From Caldimicrobium thiodismutans (GTDB lineage Bacteria; Desulfobacterota; Thermodesulfobacteria; Thermodesulfobacteriales; Thermodesulfobacteriaceae): a stretch of DNA of 32,000 bases. Positions 1 to 5,322 of this stretch are shown here, one piece after another; positions within the stretch are counted from its first letter, which is position 1, and every line of letters begins with the position of its first letter. Made by a program: the position numbers and the translations under genes. The notes under the pieces were generated by a model. That model had not been told where the DNA came from. It searched no databases and was given only the letters and a program-made list of their open reading frames with translations. Where the stretch lies: NCBI RefSeq assembly GCF_001548275.1, contig NZ_AP014945.1, positions 60,001 through 92,000 of the forward strand, in the 5' to 3' direction.

Positions 1-200
1 TACTATTCCCTTCCTAAGTTTTTTTCTATATGTTAGATTTTAAAAAAATTTTTTCAAGAGGTTGTTTAAGTCCCAATCTTTGGTTGAATGTGGGGGCGAA
101 TTACTTTTTAGTTGAAACCTGCCCTGTAAATATTATTCAAAAAATAATTGACCTGGGTTGAGTGTATCTGTCTGTGGCAGGCCTGCCTTAATTAACTACC

Positions 201-404
201 TGTATAAGTTCAGATCCTTACAAGAAAAAAGGAAGGGTGGTAAAAGAGGAATTAGATATCTATACAAGTCTGAAAGTAACACAGGCAATCTTGCCTGTAA
301 AAGTAAATTACACTCCAAGGTATGAAAGTAACACAGACAAGAATGTCTGTGCTACAACATACCCCCAAAAAAATTCAAGGGGTATAAAATTTTAAACCCC
401 TACT
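201..404 (+). repeat. Intergenic modular repeat, copy A (short variant: 5' module, twin hairpin units and G4/C4-flanked AT palindrome; lacks two segments present in copies B and C)
   Basis: Aligns by eye along its whole length with 4649-4863 and with the reverse complement of 30625-30850. Hairpin units at 268-298 and 320-351 are identical to those in the other copies. Confidence 0.85.
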
Positions 405-410
405 ATTTAA

Positions 411-468
411 GTCTCAAAAGATATGGACGCATACAATACATTGACAAGCTTAAAAAGTCTTATATAAT
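411..468 (+). promoter_or_regulatory. Conserved upstream box plus sigma70-type promoter of bioY-purD
   Basis: Box GTCTCAAAAGATATGGACGCATACA at 411-435. -35 TTGACA at 441-446, 16-nt spacer, -10 TATAAT at 463-468. SD AGAGGTG lies 6 nt before the ATG at 496. Confidence 0.7.
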
Positions 469-495
469 TTTAAAAAAATTTCAAAGAGGTGCCCT

Positions 496-1083
496 ATGCA
501 GAAAAGAGAGGAAGTTTTTGAAATGAAGAGCCTATACCTTCAACGATTAGCTTTGATCTTTTCCTTTACCATACTTCTTGCATTACTCTCTCAGATTAGA
601 ATTCCTCTCCCTTTTACACCTGTTCCTTTGACTCTTCAAACCCTTGGGATACTTTTCATCGGCTATTACCTGGGGGCTAAACTTGGCTTTCTCAGTGTAG
701 CTTTTTATCTCGTTCTTGGTGCTTTAGGATTACCCTTCTTTTCAGGAGTAAAAGGGGGGCTTCTTGTTCTGAGTGGTCCAACAGGCGGTTACCTCTTTGG
801 CTTTTTACTCAGTGTCTTTCTTGTGGGAAAGGCAAAGGAAAGGGGCTTATTAACTAAAGCGGGTTCTACCTTTCTTGTGGCTATTTTAGCCCATCTTATT
901 ATCTACTTTTTTGGGACTCTCTGGTTTATGGCAGGTTTTTATTTCCTTGGTTTTAAGGAAACCTTGAGGGAAATTCTTGCCCTTACAGTTTTTCCCTTTC
1001 TACCTGTAGACCTAATCAAAGCCCTTATATTTACAGGATTTGTTTTTTCAGAGAGAAAATTTCGTAAGGTAGGGAGCAGATGA
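496..1083 (+). CDS. bioY: BioY-family biotin transporter (ECF S component)
   Basis: 195-aa strongly hydrophobic multi-TM protein. PFTPVPLTLQT and GPTGGYLFGF stretches are typical of BioY. Good SD. Stop overlaps the purD start (ATGA). Confidence 0.85.
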   Translation: MQKREEVFEMKSLYLQRLALIFSFTILLALLSQIRIPLPFTPVPLTLQTLGILFIGYYLGAKLGFLSVAFYLVLGALGLPFFSGVKGGLLVLSGPTGGYLFGFLLSVFLVGKAKERGLLTKAGSTFLVAILAHLIIYFFGTLWFMAGFYFLGFKETLREILALTVFPFLPVDLIKALIFTGFVFSERKFRKVGSR

Positions 1084-2357
1084 AGGTTCTTGTTCTTGGT
1101 TCCGGTGGGAGGGAACACGCCCTCTGCTATGTCCTTGCCAGGAGTTCTCTTCTTAAAAAGTTATACTGCCTTCCTGGGAATGGAGGAATTTCTGAGATAG
1201 CTGAGATTCCTCAAGGGCTTACGCTTACAGATTTTGAGGGAATTAAAGAGTTTTGCCTCAAAGAGAAGATAGATCTTGTTATCCCCGGTCCTGAAGACCC
1301 CCTTGTAAGAGGAATACGGGATTATCTGCAAAGAGAAAATATTTCAGTCTTTGGTCCAGATAAGTATACAGCTCAACTTGAGGGTAGTAAGGCCTTTGCT
1401 AAAGGGATCATGGAAAAGGCGGGTGTTCCAACAGCAGATTTTAAAGTCTTTGAGGATTACAATGAAGCTTTAGAATATCTTAGGAAAAAAGGGGCTCCTG
1501 TGGTTATTAAAGCAGATGGACTTTGTGCTGGAAAAGGTGTCTTTGTCTGTGATACAGAAGCTGAAGCTAAATCTGCCCTTGAAAAAATTTTCATTGAAAG
1601 GATTTTTGGAGAAGCAGGCTCAAAAGTAGTTATAGAGGATAAATTGGAAGGGGAAGAGGCCTCCTATATTGTCATAACAGATGGAGAGAATTTTAAGGCC
1701 CTACCTACCTCGCAGGATCATAAAAGACTGCTTGATAATGATGAAGGGCCAAATACAGGTGGAATGGGTGCTTATTCACCAGCTCCTTTAATTAATGAAG
1801 ATTTGAGAAAAAAGATTGAGGAGAGAGTTATTGCACCAGTCCTACGGGTTTTAAAAGAAGAGGGACATCCCTATCTCGGCTTTCTTTATGCTGGGCTTAT
1901 GATCTCCAAGGGTGAACCCTATGTGCTTGAATTTAACTGTCGCCTTGGAGACCCAGAAACCCAGGCTATTCTGCCAAGAATTGAGGGAGATTTTCTTGAA
2001 CTTATTCAGATTGCCTTAGAGGGTAAATTATCATCTTATAACCCTAAAGAAATTGACAAGGCCTGTGTTTGTGTAGTAGTTGCAAGCAAAGGATATCCTG
2101 GAAGTTATGAAAAAGGTAAGGTAATTACTGGCTTAGAGAGAGTGAAGAATATGGCAGATATCATGGTTTTTCATGCAGGCACAAAAAAGGAGGGAGACAC
2201 CTTTTATACTAATGGGGGAAGAGTCTTTGGTGTGACAGCTCTTGGGAATACAATCTCTCAAGCTATTCAAAGAGCATATGAAGCAGTAAACCTGATTCAC
2301 TTTGAGGGAGCTTACTACAGAAAAGATATTGGTAAAAAGGCTGAAAAATATCTTTAG
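1080..2357 (+). CDS. purD: Phosphoribosylamine-glycine ligase (GAR synthetase)
   Basis: 425 aa. N-terminus [18 protein letters not shown]-grasp core ([18 protein letters not shown]) and C-terminal GGRVFGVTA are all classic PurD signatures. Confidence 0.95.
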   Translation: MKVLVLGSGGREHALCYVLARSSLLKKLYCLPGNGGISEIAEIPQGLTLTDFEGIKEFCLKEKIDLVIPGPEDPLVRGIRDYLQRENISVFGPDKYTAQLEGSKAFAKGIMEKAGVPTADFKVFEDYNEALEYLRKKGAPVVIKADGLCAGKGVFVCDTEAEAKSALEKIFIERIFGEAGSKVVIEDKLEGEEASYIVITDGENFKALPTSQDHKRLLDNDEGPNTGGMGAYSPAPLINEDLRKKIEERVIAPVLRVLKEEGHPYLGFLYAGLMISKGEPYVLEFNCRLGDPETQAILPRIEGDFLELIQIALEGKLSSYNPKEIDKACVCVVVASKGYPGSYEKGKVITGLERVKNMADIMVFHAGTKKEGDTFYTNGGRVFGVTALGNTISQAIQRAYEAVNLIHFEGAYYRKDIGKKAEKYL

Positions 2358-2866
2358 GTCTCTTTATTTAGGTATTCTTTATACCCCTCTTTACTTAATT
2401 TTTTACCCTTTTCAAGCACCATCTCCTTGAGTTTAGTCCTGTAATTTTTTAATTTTGCTCTTAGTTCAGGATATTTTATAGCCAAAATTTGAATAGCTAA
2501 AAGGCCTGCATTTTTGGCATTATTTATAGCAACAGTTGCCACAGGGATACCTGCTGGCATCTGGACAATAGATAAAAGTGAATCAAGGCCTTTTAAGGCC
2601 TTAGTCATAATAGGAACTCCTATCACAGGAAGTGTAGTGAGAGAGGCAGTCATACCTGGTAGGTGAGCTGATCCTCCTGCACCTGCAATAATAACCTCAA
2701 TTCCTCTATCTTCAGCTGTTTTTGCATACTCATACATAAAATCAGGAGTTCTGTGGGCAGAAACTATGGTTATTTCGTAGGGGACTTCAAATTCTTCAAG
2801 GACTTCAGCTGCCTCTTTCATAACCGGCAAATCAGAATCACTTCCCATAATAATTCCTACCATCAT
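2354..2866 (-). CDS. purE: N5-carboxyaminoimidazole ribonucleotide mutase
   Basis: 170 aa. Motifs [16 protein letters not shown] and [10 protein letters not shown] (class I PurE). Start overlaps the purK stop. Confidence 0.95.
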   Translation of the reverse strand: MMVGIIMGSDSDLPVMKEAAEVLEEFEVPYEITIVSAHRTPDFMYEYAKTAEDRGIEVIIAGAGGSAHLPGMTASLTTLPVIGVPIMTKALKGLDSLLSIVQMPAGIPVATVAINNAKNAGLLAIQILAIKYPELRAKLKNYRTKLKEMVLEKGKKLSKEGYKEYLNKET

Positions 2867-3993
2867 CTTTGTCTCTCTCCTTTTATTTTGAGGATTTTTT
2901 TCACCTCTTTAGCCTTAGCTAAGGCCTCTTCAAGAGTATCTGCAAGTATGGTAACATGTCCCATTTTCCTCAAGGGGAAGGTCTCTTTTTTTCCATAGAT
3001 GTGGACAGAGACCCCGGGTAAAGACATAGCCTTTTCAAGTCCTTCATAAAGAGGTTTCCCATAATATCCTTCTTCACCTAAAAGATTTATCATCACTGCA
3101 GGGGATAGAAGTTTTGTTGATCCAAGAGGGAGTCCTGTGATAACCCGAATGTGTTGTTCAAATTGACTTGTATAACAGGCTTCTATAGTATGATGTCCTG
3201 AATTATGAGGCCTTGGTGCAATTTCATTTACATAAAGTTTCCCTTTTTTATCCAGAAAGAGTTCCACTCCAAAGAGTCCAAAGCCATTAATGGCCTTTAC
3301 CGCTTCTATGGCAAGTTCCTTGGCCTCTTTCTCAATAACTGGTTCAATCTTAGCTGGACAAAAAAGATATTCAAGAAGATTTCCCTCGGGATGAAAGACC
3401 ATCTCAACCACATCGTAAACAGCAAGTTCTCCATTTTCACTCCTGACTACCATAACTCCCAATTCTTTTTCAATATCTAAGTATTCCTCAACAAAAGATG
3501 GACAGGGAAGGGCTTTAGGGAGGTCTTCTTCACTTCTAAGGATTGCCGTTCCCCGGCCGTCATATCCTCCTGTAATAGATTTTTGCACGCAGGGCAAAAG
3601 GGCCTTTAAGTCTTTTGGACTTTTGATTTCTATAAATTTTGGAATAGGCAGACCAGCTCTCTGGTAAGCCTTTCTTTGTTCAAGTTTGTTTTGGATTAGT
3701 AAGAGAACCCTTGGGCGTGGGACTACCCTTTTTTCTGGAAGAAGTTCAAATAGAGGGGCAACTTCAACATGTTCTATATCAAAGGTAATAATATTACAGT
3801 CCTTAGCAAAATTTTTGATATCATCAGGATCTTTAAAAGAACCTACAATCTGTTGAGCTACAGCACTTGCAGGACATTCAGGAGAAGGGTCAAGAACTTT
3901 TACAGTAAAACCGAGTTTTCTTGCAGATTGAGAGGACATCTTTGCAAGCTGCCCCCCACCAAGAATTCCAATGACTACATCTTGGGGATTCAT
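2863..3993 (-). CDS. purK: N5-carboxyaminoimidazole ribonucleotide synthase
   Basis: 376 aa ATP-grasp protein. N-terminal [11 protein letters not shown] and GGYDGRG. Sits upstream of and overlaps purE. Confidence 0.9.
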   Translation of the reverse strand: MNPQDVVIGILGGGQLAKMSSQSARKLGFTVKVLDPSPECPASAVAQQIVGSFKDPDDIKNFAKDCNIITFDIEHVEVAPLFELLPEKRVVPRPRVLLLIQNKLEQRKAYQRAGLPIPKFIEIKSPKDLKALLPCVQKSITGGYDGRGTAILRSEEDLPKALPCPSFVEEYLDIEKELGVMVVRSENGELAVYDVVEMVFHPEGNLLEYLFCPAKIEPVIEKEAKELAIEAVKAINGFGLFGVELFLDKKGKLYVNEIAPRPHNSGHHTIEACYTSQFEQHIRVITGLPLGSTKLLSPAVMINLLGEEGYYGKPLYEGLEKAMSLPGVSVHIYGKKETFPLRKMGHVTILADTLEEALAKAKEVKKILKIKGERQR

Positions 3994-4017
3994 CTTGCAC
4001 CTCTTTTTTTTCTCCTA

Positions 4018-4077
4018 AAATTACATCAATTCATGTGAGAAGTCAATTATTTGTATGCGTCCATATTTTTGAGACTC
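4018..4077 (-). promoter_or_regulatory. Conserved upstream box plus sigma70-type promoter of purK-purE
   Basis: Minus strand reads GAGTCTCAAAAATATGGACGCATACA (4077-4052), then -35 TTGACT (4046-4041), 17-nt spacer, -10 TAATTT (4023-4018). SD AGAGGTG precedes the ATG at 3993. Confidence 0.65.
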
Positions 4078-4133
4078 AAGAGTTTTTTCTACTACTTCTG
4101 TTATAAGAAAATTGAATATGTATAGGAGACATT

Positions 4134-4212
4134 TTGTAGGGACAAACCTATGTGTTTTCCCTCTCACTTTTTTCCACCCTTTCTTTTTCTTGTAAGGATA
4201 TGAACCTATGCA
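4134..4212 (-). repeat. Truncated or variant copy of the intergenic repeat (5' module plus X box, no twin hairpins)
   Basis: Minus strand 4212-4174 reads TTGCATAGGTTCATATCCTTACAAGAAAAAGAAAGGGTGG, which matches the 5' ends of copies A, B and C. 4134-4158 (TTGTAGGGACAAACCTATGTGTTTT) matches 13754-13778. Confidence 0.7.
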
Positions 4213-4617
4213 AAAAAGGTTAGGCTAAATCAAGGTCTTTTTAAAGATAAAAAGTATTGTCTAAATTAAATGAGAGGTCTCTAAAGGAGTGAAGAGGGTA
4301 TGTTCCTGTTTTATCTTTTGTGTTTTATGATTGGAAAAGAGCCTGGGAGTATCCTGAAAGGCCTGTCTGCTAACTGGCAGGATAGAGAAATTTTTAATAC
4401 CAGATGGTTAAGAGAGGGAGATATAAAATCTTTATATGGTAGACTTAAAGAGGGGGTGAAGAAGAGAGGATTTTAAGATATACCAGCGGTTAATTCAGGA
4501 TTCAATAGAGCTTGTCCTTTCCGCTATAGAAGGTAAGCTTGGGCATGTCCCAGAGGAAGCGAGGGAGAGGGGTTGTGGGAAAAGGACAAAGGAGTTCTAA
4601 TTGAAAAAAATATACTT

Positions 4618-4644
4618 GAGTCTCAAAAGGTATGGACGCATATA
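4618..4644 (+). promoter_or_regulatory. Orphan copy of the conserved upstream box (no convincing -10 downstream)
   Basis: GAGTCTCAAAAGGTATGGACGCATATA is followed at the usual distance by TGCATA, which is the first bases of repeat copy B. No TATAAT-like hexamer follows at 15-18 nt. Confidence 0.5.
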
Positions 4645-4648
4645 TAAC

Positions 4649-4958
4649 TGCATAAGTTCATATCCTTACAAGAAAAAGAAAGTGGGGTAAAAGGGGAATT
4701 AGATATCTATACAAGGAAGGCTTTACAAGTCTAAAAGTAACACAGGCAATCTTGCCTGTGGAGGTAAATTACACTCCAAGGTATGAAAGTAACACAGACA
4801 AGAATGTCTGTGCTACAACAGACCCACAAAAAATTCAAGTGGTATAAAATTTTAAACCCCTACTTAAGGAAAGATTTTGCAGATTTTTTATCCTTTCTTT
4901 CCGAAGGGGAACGGGTATGTGGAGAGATTTGTGTTATGGACTAAGAAAAAATCCTATA
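4649..4958 (+). repeat. Intergenic modular repeat, copy B (full-length variant)
   Basis: Roughly nine in ten positions match the reverse complement of 30525-30850 by eye. Contains hairpin units at 4729-4760 and 4781-4812, an AT palindrome at 4838-4861 and an extra ~95-nt 3' module (4864-4958) absent from copy A. Confidence 0.9.
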
Positions 4959-5018
4959 GAGTCTAAAAAGATATGGACGCATACATAAACTTGAAAAGTT
5001 CAAAAGATGGTATATAAT
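4959..5018 (+). promoter_or_regulatory. Conserved upstream box plus strong sigma70-type promoter of tRNA-Pro
   Basis: Box GAGTCTAAAAAGATATGGACGCATACA at 4959-4985. -35 TTGAAA at 4991-4996, 16-nt spacer, -10 TATAAT at 5013-5018. The tRNA starts at 5038. Confidence 0.75.
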
Positions 5019-5037
5019 GTAGAAGCATTGACAGTTA

Positions 5038-5111
5038 CGGGGCGTAGCGCAGCCTGGCAGCGCACCTGCCTTGGGAGCAGGGGGTCGGCAGTTCAAATCT
5101 GCCCGCCCCGA
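5038..5111 (+). tRNA. tRNA-Pro (anticodon UGG)
   Basis: Manual cloverleaf. Acceptor CGGGGCG/CGCCCCG; D stem GCGC/GCGC; anticodon stem CCTGC/GCAGG with loop CTTGGGA (anticodon TGG at 5072-5074). Variable loop GGGTC; T stem GGCAG/CTGCC with loop TTCAAAT; discriminator A. CCA is not encoded. Confidence 0.95.
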
Positions 5112-5185
5112 TCCTCAAGAATGCAAAGGAACACACTCATAACAAGCAAATATTTGAGTTTGGCCCTGCCAGATGGTTTCTACTC

Positions 5186-5208
5186 AAGTTCATTTTCTTA
5201 CAAAAGAG
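5186..5208 (+). repeat. Degenerate copy of the repeat 5' module directly upstream of the lon-like promoter
   Basis: AAGTTCATTTTCTTACAAAAGAG compared with AAGTTCATATCCTTACAAGAAAA in copies A, B and C. Short and imperfect. Confidence 0.4.
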
Positions 5209-5230
5209 TTTGCAGAAAAAATACTCATTA

Positions 5231-5289
5231 AATCTCAAAAAATATAGACCCATAGCATTTCTTGTTTTTTTAAATTTTTTCCTTAGAAT
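5231..5289 (+). promoter_or_regulatory. Degenerate upstream box plus candidate promoter of the lon-like gene
   Basis: AATCTCAAAAAATATAGACCCATAGCA at 5231-5257. -35 TTGTTT at 5262-5267, 16-nt spacer, -10 TAGAAT at 5284-5289. SD GAGGAG at 5311-5316. Confidence 0.55.
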
Positions 5290-5322
5290 TATGTAAATAT
5301 CCTAAAATAAGAGGAGAGTAAA

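Noticed and set aside
268-351. Two ~31-nt direct repeats with internal palindromes separated by a ~22-nt spacer: a possible mini-CRISPR array. Equivalent pairs are at 4729-4812 and 30676-30759.
   Set aside because: There are only two units. The spacer is too short and is itself conserved in all three loci, so it is not an acquired spacer. The two units differ in their palindromes, and there are no cas genes in the window. It is part of a dispersed repeat, not a CRISPR array.
4300-4476. 58-codon ORF with an SD-like AAGGAG, as a genuine small protein gene.
   Set aside because: It has no recognisable homology, contains a degenerate copy of the TGAAAG-plus-palindrome unit and has no identifiable promoter. 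Mentioned in a finding as a possible gene remnant but not listed as a feature.
4213-4617. Possible housekeeping ncRNA (RNase P RNA, tmRNA, SRP RNA, 6S RNA or tRNA-Sec) in the large non-coding island.
   Set aside because: There is no GAGGAAAGTCCGGGC-type P4 sequence, no tRNA-like T arm (GGTTCGAATCC) apart from tRNA-Pro, no tag-peptide reading frame and no SRP GGAA/AGCA motif. TTCAGGATTCAATAG only superficially resembles a tmRNA 5' end. This is not excluded for unknown sRNAs (see findings).
5007-5231. 74-aa ORF from the six-frame track.
   Set aside because: It runs straight through the tRNA-Pro gene (5038-5111) and its promoter. There is no SD and the composition is atypical. Spurious.
5112-5322. 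Integrated mobile element or prophage remnant at the 3' end of tRNA-Pro.
   Set aside because: Only ~210 nt separate the tRNA from the lon-like gene. There is no integrase, no direct repeat of the tRNA 3' end and no foreign-looking genes.
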